DNA from: an uncultured Chloroflexia bacterium
Lineage (GTDB): Bacteria > Chloroflexota > Anaerolineae > CG2-30-64-16
Length of the DNA: 58,906 nt
NCBI GenBank assembly: GCA_963808455.1
Contig: CAWEHT010000216.1
Location: 1 to 58,906, forward strand
Reading direction: 5' to 3'
Shown: in pieces, positions 38,719 to 49,870 of the stretch
How positions within the stretch are numbered: the first letter of the stretch is position 1
How the letters are laid out: each line of letters begins with the position of its first letter
Program-made: the position numbers and the translations under genes
Notes under the pieces: model-generated
Seen by the model: the letters and a program-made list of their open reading frames with translations, nothing else
The model's database searches: none
What the model was told of the DNA's origin: nothing

Positions 38719-39911
38719 AGGAATTGGTTCGCGACGTATGGATAGGGCGGGCGCCAGGCATGATCGGGCTGCCTGAAGTCGCCGGGCGCAAAATCGTCGC
38801 GCCGGGCGGCTGCAAGCCCACTGACGCTCAACTGCATCACGGTTGGCGTCATGGAGCTAACCTCGGCGATAGGGATCAGCAGGCGCCTCTCTTCCAGCGG
38901 CATATCGTAGGACCGCATGCGGGGGGTAGCACGCTGCCGATCGGGCAACTGCCCAACTACGACCATGTCCTCCACCCGACGGTTGTGCGGGTCGATGATC
39001 ACCCGTTCAACGCGCCCCAGCGCCATATCGCTGGCGAAGACCTCCTGGCCGATCCGCGGCTGCAGCGCGCGCTCGGTGGGGTCATCCACGCCGTCGCCCG
39101 GCCTCTTGATGTAGTTGCAGACTCCACGCACCGATGGCACCGAAGAAGCGATCTCCCCCGCGTCGGCACGGGCGTGCGCGCTGTTCCCTATGCCGCTCAG
39201 GGTGACCATCCCATGGTTGGCCGCAACGAAGATCCGTTCGTTGCGTGTGCGCTGGTCGCCCCCCAGGGCCTGCGCCACCTGGTTCACCAGGTCTTCGTCG
39301 GTCACCAGGTCGTTGCGGACCGACGCCACGCTTCCTGCCGTCAGCATCGCTTGTGCAGCGCGCGCCTTGTCCCTCGATCCGACGACGTGCCCACTCAGCA
39401 CCGCGGCCCCCTCGCAAACCGTAACGGTGATGTCACCGTCATCCGCGCCATCGAGCATGCTGGCCTCTCGTAAAGCAATACGCCCTTCGATGGCGATTTC
39501 CCTGTCAGAGCGGTAATCCGGCAGGGCTTGCAGCCGGCGCCGGTCCACCGCCAGATGCATGCCCATCCGGTCGGTGGCCTGTATCCAGCCGGCCGGGATG
39601 CTCACCTCACGGCCCCAAAACCACCCGTAGCGGACGATGACCTGCCGCAGTTGCCCGGACGGATCCAGTATTATGTTCACGACACGCCCGGCGCGCCCAT
39701 CGACACACAGCGCCGGCTGGCCCACATGCACTGCCGGCATGACGCGGAGCGCATTGGCGACGTTCGCCTCGTCGCCCCACACCAGTTCCGCCTTTTCGTC
39801 TGCAGTAAGGGAAGCTGGGGCGAGTTTGTCAGTTGCCGGCACACGGCCGGCGGTTCTCGTCTCGGGTACAGCGATCATTTGATCACCTCTTCTCATCTTA
39901 TTCCGAAGCAT
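38703..39911 (-). CDS. PRC-barrel / BON-domain stress protein
   Basis: 402-aa ORF. PRC-barrel-like segments (..VDGRAGRVVNIILDPSGQLRQVIV.., ..ALGRVERVIIDPHNRRVEDMVV..) flank two BON-like segments (..ITVTVCEGAAVLSGHVVGSRDKARAAQ.., ..IFVAANHGMVTLSGIGNSAHARADAGE..). Confidence 0.55.
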   Translation of the reverse strand: MLRNKMRRGDQMIAVPETRTAGRVPATDKLAPASLTADEKAELVWGDEANVANALRVMPAVHVGQPALCVDGRAGRVVNIILDPSGQLRQVIVRYGWFWGREVSIPAGWIQATDRMGMHLAVDRRRLQALPDYRSDREIAIEGRIALREASMLDGADDGDITVTVCEGAAVLSGHVVGSRDKARAAQAMLTAGSVASVRNDLVTDEDLVNQVAQALGGDQRTRNERIFVAANHGMVTLSGIGNSAHARADAGEIASSVPSVRGVCNYIKRPGDGVDDPTERALQPRIGQEVFASDMALGRVERVIIDPHNRRVEDMVVVGQLPDRQRATPRMRSYDMPLEERRLLIPIAEVSSMTPTVMQLSVSGLAAARRDDFAPGDFRQPDHAWRPPYPYVANQFLWTKK

Positions 39912-40156
39912 ACCTGCCAGGCGCTCGGCTTTGCCGCCGATCTTCCCAGGTTATCGCCGATCCTGCGACCCCACCCGGAGGGTGCAACGCCGCCTGATTA
40001 GCAGTATAGACCGAGCGCGCCGCCCCGGCGTCAGCGCAACCGCTAGAGTTTGGCCAAACAAAAAGGGTCGCCTGCCTGGCGACCCCATCTACATTTGTTG
40101 TACGACGTTTTGCGTGCGGATCTCGCTTCGCTTGCCGGGAGTGCGTACGTTCGCCG

Positions 40157-40831
40157 CTACTCCTTTTCGCCGCTCCCATCCCCGGAGGGGCCGGAGTCTC
40201 CTGCCAGCCCTTCGCGCACCGCATAAAGGGCGGCCTGGGTGCGGCTGGCCAGGTGCAACTTGCCCAGGATGTGGCTCACATGAGCGCGGACCGTGGGCTC
40301 GCTGACCGCGATCTGATCGGCGATGTCCTGGTTGCTCAGGCCCTGGGCAATCAGCTGCAACACCGTCATTTCACGCACGGTCAGTGCCTCGGGGGTGGGT
40401 TCCAGTCCAGCCGGGCGCGAACCTCTTGCAACAGCTTGCCGCGCGATGGCCGGATGGAGGGAAGGCTCGCCGCGATGCACCTGGCGGATGGCCCGCACGA
40501 GTTCGTCAGGGGAGGAATCTTTGAGCAGGTAACCCGCCGCTCCCGCCTTGATGGCCGGAAACACCTTGCTGTCGGCAGCGAAGCTGGTCAGCACCAGTAC
40601 CCGCGCTTCCGGGTGCCGGCCGGCGATCTGCCGCGTCGCCTCGATACCATCCATCACCGGCATCAGCAGGTCCATCAGGATCACATCGGGGCGGGTCTCC
40701 TCGGCGAGCCTTATCGCTTCCTGCCCATCACCGACCTCCGCCACGACCTCGAAGCCCTCGGCTTCGGCGAGCAGGGCGCGGATGCCCTTACGCACGATAG
40801 CATGGTCGTCGGCAATCATGACACGAATCAT
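40157..40831 (-). CDS. NarL/FixJ-family response regulator (receiver + LuxR-type HTH)
   Basis: 224 aa. MIRVMIADDHAIVRKG..DVILMDLLMPVMDG..VLVLTSF.. and ..LTVREMTVLQLIAQGLSNQDIADQIAVSEPTVRAHVSHILGKL... Confidence 0.9.
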   Translation of the reverse strand: MIRVMIADDHAIVRKGIRALLAEAEGFEVVAEVGDGQEAIRLAEETRPDVILMDLLMPVMDGIEATRQIAGRHPEARVLVLTSFAADSKVFPAIKAGAAGYLLKDSSPDELVRAIRQVHRGEPSLHPAIARQAVARGSRPAGLEPTPEALTVREMTVLQLIAQGLSNQDIADQIAVSEPTVRAHVSHILGKLHLASRTQAALYAVREGLAGDSGPSGDGSGEKE

Positions 40832-42117
40832 AGCGCCACCTCAACCTTCACCCGCGTGCCCTCGCCCGGCCTGCTCACGTAGCTGAGGGCGGCGCCGAGG
40901 CGCGCCGTGCGTTCGGTGATGCTGCGCAGCCCGACGCCGCCCTGCCCGACCGGCGGGAGCGCCAGCGGATCAAAGCCTACGCCGTCATCGCTGACTTCGA
41001 GGCAGACGCTGGCAGAAGTATAGTGTAGCCGGACCATCACACGCCGCGCCTGCGCGTGCTTGAGCACATTGTTGAGGGCCTCCTGCGCGATCCAGTAGAG
41101 ATCCCCTTCGATCGCGATGGGCAGCCGGCGTTCCCCTTCGACGCGGAAATCGATCTGCAGGCCGGCGCGCGCCTCGACGGCTGCCAGGCGTGCCTGCAAG
41201 ACCGCCGTCAGCCCCTCGGTCTCCAGCTCGGGAGGGTGCAACTGGAAGATGAGCAGGCGCATATCGCGCATACCCTCCTGGGCAGTCTCCTGCAGCTCCT
41301 GCAAGTAGCCGGTCACCGTCTCCGACTTCCCCGCCGCCAGGGCCAGGGCGGCCGCGTTGGCATACAGGTTTACGCTGTACAACGACTGGGCGACGGAATC
41401 ATGCAGCTCACGGGCCATTCGTTCGCGCTCCTGCATCACCGCCAGCTGCTCGGCCTGTTGTTGCAGGCGGGCATGCTCGATCGCCATGGCTGCCTGGTTG
41501 GCAAAAATCGATATGACCCGCACATCTTCGTCGGTGAAGCCGCCGGGCTTGTTGACCACGTCGAGCACGCCGATCACCACGCCATTGCCATGCAGCGGCA
41601 CGGCGAGGAGCGCCGTGAGATCCTGCGGCCACTCGTAAACCAGGGCCTGCCCCACAAGGGCAGGGTCGTTCAGCAGCACGGGCGCGCCATTGCGCATCAC
41701 CAGGCCGGCCAAGGACCCTTCCACGGGCAGGCGCTCCACACTTGCCAACGGCTGGCCCAAACGGTGCCGGACTTCCAGCCAGGCCTTGTCTGTCAGCAAC
41801 AGGACGGCGCTGCCTGTCGCGCCGACCAACCCCTGGGCTTCGGCGCAGACGATGTCGAGCACTTGCTCCAGGACCGTCTTCTGGAGCAGGCTGACCAGGC
41901 CGCGGCCGAAGCTCTCGCTCTCTGCCAGCCGCCGTTGGACCTCGGTGTAGAGCTCGGCGTTCTCGAGCGCCAGGGCTGAGGAGATCTGCTCACGGGCAGC
42001 CATTTCCGCCCGCAGCCTGGCCACCGTCTCCACCAGCCTGGCCTCGCCTTCCAGGTGCGCGGCCAGTTCCTGCCGGAGATGCGCAACGTCCGTCGAATCG
42101 AAGGAATAATCAGGCAT
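40828..42117 (-). CDS. GAF-domain sensor histidine kinase (HisKA_3 type)
   Basis: 429 aa with an N-terminal coiled coil and a GAF region. H-box ELHDSVAQSLYS, HATPase_c (..EALNNVLKHAQA.., ..DDGVGFD.., GGVGLRSITERT). 4-nt overlap with the regulator gene. Confidence 0.85.
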   Translation of the reverse strand: MPDYSFDSTDVAHLRQELAAHLEGEARLVETVARLRAEMAAREQISSALALENAELYTEVQRRLAESESFGRGLVSLLQKTVLEQVLDIVCAEAQGLVGATGSAVLLLTDKAWLEVRHRLGQPLASVERLPVEGSLAGLVMRNGAPVLLNDPALVGQALVYEWPQDLTALLAVPLHGNGVVIGVLDVVNKPGGFTDEDVRVISIFANQAAMAIEHARLQQQAEQLAVMQERERMARELHDSVAQSLYSVNLYANAAALALAAGKSETVTGYLQELQETAQEGMRDMRLLIFQLHPPELETEGLTAVLQARLAAVEARAGLQIDFRVEGERRLPIAIEGDLYWIAQEALNNVLKHAQARRVMVRLHYTSASVCLEVSDDGVGFDPLALPPVGQGGVGLRSITERTARLGAALSYVSRPGEGTRVKVEVAL

Positions 42118-42163
42118 AAGCAGTGACTGAGATCTCGGCTCTCACCTGCCGGCGCGGGCCGCA

Positions 42164-42703
42164 TCACTGAAGGCTCAGTTCGCGCACGACTTCCAGGATG
42201 GCTGCGCGCGCCTGGAACATGGGGATGTGATCCACCAGCGCCGCCTCGGTGCTCAGGCGCTGGCACGCCGTATCCAGCCACGTCTTTTCGCCGGCCGACA
42301 ACGTGTGACCGCGACTCTGCGCCAGCATATCACGCACCAGATGGGCCAAAGCGCCCGGCTCGCCCAGCTGCTCCCGCAAGCGCAGCACCGCCGCGCGTTC
42401 GCGAAAACTGGTTGGCAAGCTCTGAGCCGGCGAGCACAGGCCGGCCTTGACCGCCTCGACGCCGCTGGTCAACCGGCGCAGGCCCACGCTGGCGGCGCGG
42501 CTGAGCGGAACCAGCAGCGTCCCGCCCGCTTCGAGGCGGATATCGTAGTAATCCTCCGTGCGTTCCGACGCCGCGTCGGCCGTGGTCGGCTCGTGGATCG
42601 GGTGGATGCGATCGCGGCGCGTCAGGCTGTGCACGGTACCAAAGCCGTACTTGGGATGGAAGACAGGATCACCCTGTGCCAGGAGATCACTGGAGTGTGA
42701 CAT
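42164..42703 (-). CDS. CarD/CdnL-family transcriptional regulator
   Basis: Internal ATG (42701-42703) of track ORF 42164..42967. ..GDPVFHPKYGFGTVHSL..DYYDIRLEAGGTLLVPLSRAASVGLRRL.. and a C-terminal helical domain. Confidence 0.6.
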   Translation of the reverse strand: MSHSSDLLAQGDPVFHPKYGFGTVHSLTRRDRIHPIHEPTTADAASERTEDYYDIRLEAGGTLLVPLSRAASVGLRRLTSGVEAVKAGLCSPAQSLPTSFRERAAVLRLREQLGEPGALAHLVRDMLAQSRGHTLSAGEKTWLDTACQRLSTEAALVDHIPMFQARAAILEVVRELSLQ

Positions 42704-43069
42704 TGGCAGCCTTTCAATCTGACTGAATGTGCTGTTGGGTGACTGCGTACGCCGAGCCATACGGCGGCGCGTCTCCGGCTTCGAGCAAGGAACGAAAAAA
42801 GAGCCCAGGCGAGAAAGCCGGGCTATGGACGGCCATCTTTGCGGGACCAACCCTGCCTTTATCATAACAGAAGAGGCGATCAAAAGCGGTAAGCGAAACC
42901 ACATACTACGCCCCCGGCCGTGATAGAGTAAAGGGTTTTGAACCCTCTCGCCACCAGGGTTTGCCAAACATCTTGTCTACAAGTAGAAGGGGCGCAAGTC
43001 CGTGAACGATCAAACCTGCGCCCCGTCGCCCCGCCCTTCCCCCTGCTCCGCGCCCGGCCAGCAGGGCGA

Positions 43070-44796
43070 TCAACGGGAGCCGGTCGCCTTGCGTGGGGCG
43101 CTGAAGGCCAAAAGCGTGGCCGCGAACAGGGCCAGCAGGAGCAGGAAGGTCCAGCGGCCCGCAGGCATTTGCGACAGGGCGTGCATCGCCGCCGATGCCA
43201 GCGTCACAGGCATCGGCTCGCGTTGGCTGCTCATCTGTTGGGCCAGCGCCAACGCCTGGGTGGCTGCCTGTCGCGTGCTGCTCGTCTTGGGTGACTGCCG
43301 TGGTATGGGCCAGCGCCTGCTGCGCCGGCACCGTGCCGATCCCGCCCAGAGCCAGGGCCGCCTGGGCCCGCACCTCGGCATCCGGATCGCCCAACGCCTG
43401 GGCCAGCGCCGGCACGGCTTGTGGCGGCGCCATGTACCCCAGCAACTCCGCCGCGTTGCGTCGCGCCATCGCATCCGGCGAGCTCAGCGCCCCAATCACC
43501 TGCGGCGCAGCTGATTGGCCCACCTCTTCCAGGGCCTGCATGGCCACCTGGCTCTGCGGCGTCGGCCCGCTGGCGCTCAGCTGTTGCACCAGCACCCATA
43601 TGGCCTCCGGCGTGCCCAGGGCCGCCAGCCCCGAGGCCGCGCTGCTGCGTGCCAGGGGCCCGTCGCTGCGGAGCATGTTGAAGAGAGCCGGGATCGAGGC
43701 CGTATCCTGCAACAGCCCCAGCGCATACGCCGCCCGCCCGCGCACGGCTTCATTGCTATCCGACAAAGCCGCCCGCAGCGCCGGCAAGGCCGCGCTGTCG
43801 CCGAGATGCCCCAGCGCCTCGGCCGTCCGATCCCCCGCGGCCTGGTCCGGGTCCTTGAGGTGCCGCAGCAACGGCGCCACCGCATCGGCATCGCCGGTCA
43901 GCCCCATGGCGGTCGCCGCCGCCGCCCGGAGCCCGGCATCCGGCGCCTCCAGGCCGTTGAGCAGCTCGGGGCCCAGGACCAGCTCGAAGGTCTGCATGCT
44001 CGACGGGCCGGCGGCCGAGACGGCCAGAAGCTGGCCCCCCACCGGGTAAAGCTGCACGTTCGGGCCGGGCGAGCTGATCGCCGTGTTGACCGGTACCGGC
44101 GTCTCCACCGCCATGGTGAACCAGTGGCGGGCATCGTCCACGCTCACATAGGTGGCCTGGATGCTGTGTACGCCCTCGGGGGTGGCCATCGTGTATGTGG
44201 AGATGGCATAGAACGCCTGATCGTCCGCCGGGTTGACGCTCAGGGCGCTGACCGCGACGGCACCGGCGCCCTCGAGTGACAACGGGCCGCCGGCCGGCCG
44301 CCAGCTCGTGCCTCGATCCGAGCTCAAGTACAGCCCGCTGCCGTCCGTGCCCACCAGCACCAGGTTCGCGGCACCTGCAGCGACGGCCAGGCTGAGCGGC
44401 TTGCCCGGCAAGCCGCCGGCCACGGACCAGGTGCTGCCGGCATCCGCGCTGCGCAGGATGGCGCCGGCCGTCCTGGCAAACTCGGTCTGGTGGCCTGGTT
44501 CTTGGGAAGAAGCCGAGCTGCAGGATCGGGCCGTGCATCGTAGACGCCTCGGCCCAGACGCTGCTGCCAACCTCGCGGCGCTCGACTCGCGCCGTGCCGT
44601 CCGGTTGATTGGCCGCGCGATAGACATAGGTCAATGCGGCGGCCGGCCCCCCGCTCATCCCCAGCGACTGCCGCACCGCATTGTCGGAGAGGACCGGGGC
44701 GCCGATCTGGGCCATACCGGCGAACAGAAGCACCGCTGCCAGGGCAATGCGTATCCACTGTCTGCCAAGAATGTTACGCGCTCGCTTGATTATCAT
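43070..44796 (-). CDS. membrane-anchored BNR/Asp-box + HEAT-repeat protein, frame breaks near 44.53 and 43.27 kb
   Basis: The N-terminal TM is in ORF 43756..44796. Asp-box motifs (RSADAGSTW, SSDRGTSW) and PBS-lyase-type HEAT repeats (..DPDAEVRAQAALALGGIG..) are in ORF 42906..44627. The C-terminal TM tail (..GRWTFLLLLALFAATLLAF..) is in ORF 43070..43474. Confidence 0.6.
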
Positions 44797-45065
44797 GGGT
44801 GTCTGGCCTCCATACCGCCATGCCCGCTATGCACATCGTGCTCTTGCGATATTTTGCGATGACAAACTACATTCCTGATAAGCAGTATAGGATATGCATG
44901 TCGTTTTGCCATCAGCGCAACCGATAGGGTTTGCGATGGCAAAAGAGCCGCTTCACGGGGCGGCCCTCGCCTTTTGCCGCACGATGTTTAGCGTACGGTC
45001 AGGCTGCGCTTCCTCCTGCTCCTCACATGCAAGAACTTGAACCGCAGACTGTCAGCGCTTTCCCC

Positions 45066-45094
45066 TTGCAGCATGATCCTTTCGATGCTAAAAT
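45066..45094 (+). promoter_or_regulatory. sigma70-like promoter candidate for the second kinase/regulator pair
   Basis: TTGCAG (45066-45071), 17-nt spacer, TAAAAT (45089-45094), about 100 nt upstream of the ATG at 45192. Confidence 0.4.
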
Positions 45095-45191
45095 CTGCAC
45101 AAATGGGTCATGGCCAGGCCCAAAGCAGCTCCGCCTTATCAAATGGATAGGCACTTTCGGCGCGGCAGGAGAGCCAGAGGAAGGATTGCGC

Positions 45192-46355
45192 ATGGAGAAC
45201 GAGGGCCAGTCAGCACTCGAGGAAATGCGCACCCTGTTCACGGTTCAGCAGAAGATCACCAGCCACCTGGACACGCAGGTCGTGGTCCAGTTGGTTGCCG
45301 ATGGGGCGAGGCAGATTGCCGGCTGCCAGGGGGCGGTCGTCAGCCTGCTGGACGGAGAGGACCTGCGGGTGGCCGCCGTCTCAAACGGCCAGGACGCGGT
45401 TGAAGGGCTGGTCGGGTATCGACTGCCGGTCGATGGCTCGCTGGCCGGCCTGGCCCTCCGCTCGGGCAAAGCCCACCATTGCCTGGATGCGGCCAGGGAT
45501 GGGCGTGCCGACCAGGAATTCGTGCGGCTCTCCGGAATGCGCTCCTTCTTGAGCGTCCCGCTGATCTCTGAAGTCCGGCCCGTCGGTGCAGTCCTGGTGG
45601 GAGATCGCCAACCTCGCAGCTTCACCGCAGACGACGAGCGGCTGCTGACCATGCTGGCCGGCAGCGCGGTGATTGCCATCGAGAACGCAGGCGCCCATCA
45701 GCGAGCCCAGGAGCTGACTCGCCTGCACGAGCGCCAGCAGATCGTCCAGACCTTGCACGATACGGTGCTCCAGATGCTTTTCACCATCGGGCTGGAAGCC
45801 GAGAGCTGCCTGAAGCTGCCTGGGCTGGCCCAAGACACGCGGGCGAAGCTGGAGTTGATCGGCAGGTTGGCTGCCCGCAGCAGCCACGAGCTGCGCGATG
45901 CCATGCTGCCGCTGGCCATTTCGAACCTGGCGGTGGGCGCCGGGCTGGTGGCGCTGCTGGAAGAAGCGGTACGTGATTTCCAGGCACGGACCGGCATCGC
46001 GACCACCCTGGTCGTCGTGGCCGACTTTGCCTATCCGCCGTCGCTGATCGGCGAGGCGATCTATCGGATCGTCCGCGAGTCCTTCTCCAACGTGCGCAAG
46101 CATGCCGAGGCTTCGGCCGTCATCGTCAGCCTGGAATCGGCCGGCGCATCGATCAGCGTCACCATTCAAGATAACGGCATTGGGCTGGCGCGGCCGTTGA
46201 GCCTGGAGAACGGCGAGGGCGGCCTGCATTTTGGCGTGGTGGCGATGCGCCAGCTGGCCTTGCAGGCCGGCGGGGAGTTCCTGATTGCCAACAATGATGA
46301 CCAGGGCGTCATCGTGCGTGCCACCTTTCCCCTGCCGGGCGGAGATCTGCCATGA
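45192..46355 (+). CDS. GAF-domain sensor histidine kinase (HisKA_3 type)
   Basis: Start MENEGQSALEEMRTLF.. is internal to track ORF 44931..46355. GAF region, H-box TLHDTVLQMLFT, HATPase_c (..ESFSNVRKHAEA.., ..DNGIGL..). Confidence 0.8.
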   Translation: MENEGQSALEEMRTLFTVQQKITSHLDTQVVVQLVADGARQIAGCQGAVVSLLDGEDLRVAAVSNGQDAVEGLVGYRLPVDGSLAGLALRSGKAHHCLDAARDGRADQEFVRLSGMRSFLSVPLISEVRPVGAVLVGDRQPRSFTADDERLLTMLAGSAVIAIENAGAHQRAQELTRLHERQQIVQTLHDTVLQMLFTIGLEAESCLKLPGLAQDTRAKLELIGRLAARSSHELRDAMLPLAISNLAVGAGLVALLEEAVRDFQARTGIATTLVVVADFAYPPSLIGEAIYRIVRESFSNVRKHAEASAVIVSLESAGASISVTIQDNGIGLARPLSLENGEGGLHFGVVAMRQLALQAGGEFLIANNDDQGVIVRATFPLPGGDLP

Positions 46356-46980
46356 GCGCCATCCGCCTGGTCCTGATCGACGACCATCACATCGTGCGCC
46401 AGGGGCTGCACTCGATCCTGGATCCCGACCCGGGGTTCCAGATCGTGGGCGAAGCCGGTTCCGGCGCCGAGGCGTTGCGCGTGATCGAGGCGTCTCAGCC
46501 CGATATCGTGCTGCTCGACCTCAGGTTGCCTGACTTCGATGGGGTGCAGCTCTGCCAACAGATTGGCCGGGTCAGCCCTGGGTCGGCGGTGGTCTTCCTG
46601 ACGGCATTCATCGATCAGCACCTGGTCGACGCGGCCGTGCGGGCCGGAGCCCGAGGCTACTTGCTCAAGAACGCCGAGGACCTGCACCTCGGCGAACAGC
46701 TGCGCGCCGTGATGCAAGGCCAGGTGGTGGTAGACCCACCGCGGCGGCGATTCTCACCGGGTTTATACGGCACAGCGAGCCGGTCTTCGAGAGCCTGACC
46801 CCGCGCAAGACCGAAATCTTGTTCGCCATGGCCACGGGCCTGACCAACAAGGAGATCGCCGGCAGGCTAAATTTGAGTGAAAACACGGTCAAAGGCTACG
46901 TGAAGGAAATCCTGGGCAAGATGGGCGTTCGCAATCGCGTGGAGGCGATTTCCAGCGCCCGGGAGAATGGTCTGCTATAG
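46352..46980 (+). CDS. NarL/FixJ-family response regulator, frame break at the C-run 46736-46738
   Basis: Receiver MSAIRLVLIDDHHIVRQG..DIVLLDLRLPDFDG..VVFLTAF.. One extra C would restore ..VVVDPTAAAILTGFIRHSEPVFESLTPRKTEILFAMATGLTNKEIAGRLNLSENTVKGYVKEILGKMGV..*. 4-nt overlap with the kinase gene. Confidence 0.8.
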
Positions 46981-47348
46981 CTTCTGACACACCTCGCCGG
47001 CAGCCCCTTCTAATGGGGGGGTGTGCCAAACCACCCTCTTGGGTCTACCGTCGCCTCGCCTGACCTCCTATCATCTAATGGTGCGACTGGCAAATCAATA
47101 CGGCCTGCTACAGACGCGCCAGCCGGCCTTGCAGCCGGGGAAAGATTTCTGATCGCCTACATCGTACCTACGAATGTCCTCACATCCCTCATTTCACTAT
47201 AAGGCATGGCGGCCCGTTCCGCACAGTTATCGCAAAATAGGCGTCAGCGACATCAGGGATTAAAGCCCAAGGGGGGATTCGTACACTCCCCATGGGAGGA
47301 GGTTCCCAGGGTTCGCGACGCGCAAGACAAAGCCTGTGCACCGAATGT

Positions 47349-47449
47349 CATACAACATACGGCGCGGGGTGCCTGCCGGTGTGGCCCTTTGTGCTATGTA
47401 AAGTCCATCGCATGCGCTGATGCAAGGGACGCGCACGCCTGCTATGCTA
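47349..47449 (+). promoter_or_regulatory. conserved 101-nt intergenic element, copy B (upstream of SH3b/Ig gene)
   Basis: CATACAACA..GCTATGCTA with the same 92-nt box spacing as copies A and C. Similarity to copy C extends about 45 nt further upstream (from ~47305). Confidence 0.6.
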
Positions 47450-47501
47450 TAAGTCGATTAACGGGTTGAGCGCACTGCGTTGCGCCATCGTGGAGGTCCC
47501 A

Positions 47502-49819
47502 ATGAGACAGAAACCTTCGATCCAGCCATGGAGGCCGGAACATCTCGAACTCCGCCAGAGTTTTCTCTATCTGCGGAGGCATTTCCTGTTCATGCGTGTA
47601 GCTCCTTTGATCCTGTTGCTGTTGCTCGCGGCCTGCACGGTCCGCGTCAATGCCGCTGGGCCCAACGTGACAAGCACGCCGGTGCCATTCCGTCCGAGCC
47701 CGGCGCTGCTCCTGCCGGGAAGCATCGGGGCCGGCGTCGCGGCGCCCGGCCCCAGCAGTCCGGCGGTCGCCCTGGTTGAGACGCCCACCGTCACGCCACA
47801 AGCCACACCAACAGTAACGCCCACCGCCGACGGCGGCTGCGCCTGCCGCAACTCCCGTGCCGGGCAACATGGGCCTCGTAGATGTGGCCGAGCTGAACGT
47901 GCGTGCCGGGCCGGACACCGACTACCCGATCGTGGCCACCCTGCCGCAAGGCACGCCGTTCACCGTGCTGGGCCAGGACCCGACCGGGGGATGGCTGAAC
48001 GTCTCGTTGAGCGACGGCGTGACCGGTTGGGTCGACCGCTCGCTGACCACGTTTGGCGGCCTGGTGCCGATCCTCTTCGCGCCGGCACCGCCTGTGCCTA
48101 CGTCTACGGACACGCCCGTGCCCGCGGCCGTGAGCCCACCCACTGTGCAGTTGCTGGCGCCGGGGGCGAATGCCAGCTTTGTCACGGGCAGCCAGCTGAC
48201 CGTGCAGTGGACCGCTACCGATAACAGCGGCATCGCCCTATCGCAGGTCCAGCTCCTGGTCAACAACGCCGTGGTGCATAGCACCGCCGGCAATGAGCAG
48301 ACCTCGCTGCAGGCCAGCCAGCAGTGGCAGGCCAGCTGGGTAGGCAGCCACACCATCTCGGTCGTAGCCACCGACGTGCGCGGCGACGCCAGTACGGCGG
48401 CCAGCGTGACCACTTACGTGACGGCCAGCTCGAGCTCGCTGACGGTGTATTTCACGCAGCCCACGGGCGACATCGTGGTGGTGACGGGACAGGGCGTCAC
48501 GATCAACTCGACGGCCAGCGGGCCCAACGGCATCATCCGCATCGAACTGTGGTCCGACGGCTCGCTCTACACATCGACGAGCAGTGGCGTGTCGGGCGGC
48601 CAGTCGCCTTACAGCGTGTCGCAGGGCTGGTCTTCGACGGCTCTGGGCGAACACACGATCTTCGTGCGGGCCTGGGATTCGGCGGGGAACTCGGCGAATT
48701 CGGGCAGCCTGACGATCGGGGTGGCCGATAACAATCCGCCGCAGCTCTCCGTGAGTTTCAATGCGACGACCGTGAACGTGGGGCAGGCAGTGGTCGTCAA
48801 CACGACGGCCACGGACAGCAAGGGCGTCACGGACATCGAGCTGTGGGTGAACGGCACGCAGGTGGCCGTCAACACCTGCGGCAGCTCGGTGGGCCAGTCC
48901 GAGTTGTCGGCCAGCCAGACCTGGATGCCAGGCTCGGCGGCCCAGTATTCGGTCTACGTAATCGCCCACGATTCGACGGGTCTTTCGTCCAATTCGGGGA
49001 GCACCACAGTAAGTGTGCTCGGGGCCGCGGCCACGCCGGCACCCACCGGCATACCGGTCACGCCCACGCCTACCGTGACACCTACACCAACCGGCACGCC
49101 GGTGCCCACGGTAACGCCGGCGAACACGGAGACGCCGGTGCCTACGGGCACGGCGACGCCCATGCCGCCCACGCCGACGCCGGCACCGCCTGGGCCACCG
49201 AGCGCAGCCATCATCCGTCCTGCGGCCGGCTTCGTGGACCAGCTCCCGGCGTCCATCGCCTTCACGATCCAGGCCCGGGGGGCCGCGCAGCTGGCCCGTA
49301 TCGAGTTGTGGGGACAGGTCCCGGGCCAGGGGGCGCCGCAGTTGCTGCGGACCTTCAATATCGCCGGCCGCTACGATGCCCCTGTCGGCTTCAACTATAA
49401 TGCGCCTGCGCCGGGCCCGGCATCCTTCTATGCCGATCGCCTACGATCGCGCCGGCCAGACGGCACGGTCGGGCACAACCAGCGGCACGATCCTGGCGAT
49501 CGTGTCCGCGCCGCTGCTGGCAACGCCGGCCGCAGTGGCCGAGGCACCCACGCCTGCGATGACGCCGCCACCCGTTGCCATCGCGGCGCGGCTTCCGCAG
49601 ACGCCGGTGCTGCCTCTAACCGTCACAAGAACGCCCCGGTCACAGCCGAAACCGCTGGTGACGCCTGCACCTGCGACGACAAAAGCTCCGCTGCATAAAC
49701 CGCTTCCGATGATCCCGTCGCAGCCGTTGATCAGGCGGGCGCTTACGCCGACCCCAACGCCCATGGCCGTGCGGCCGAGGGCAGAGATCCCGCAGGCTGA
49801 GAACGTTCAGCATCAATAA
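47502..49819 (+). CDS. secreted/lipoprotein-like SH3b + four Ig-like repeat protein with Pro/Thr linkers, frame breaks near 47.83 and 49.43 kb
   Basis: GGAGG Shine-Dalgarno before the ATG at 47502. Signal/lipobox-like MRVAPLILLLLLAAC. SH3b-like VAELNVRAGPDTDYPIVATLPQGTPFTVLGQDPTGGWLNV. Four ~95-aa beta-rich repeats (..IRIELWSDG.., ..DIELWVNG.., ..ARIELWGQ..). The tail is in ORF 49376..49819. Confidence 0.6.
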
Positions 49820-49870
49820 TATCAGGAAACGTACGTCACCCCGTTTTCTGTGCGAGAGGGAGCAAAACCT

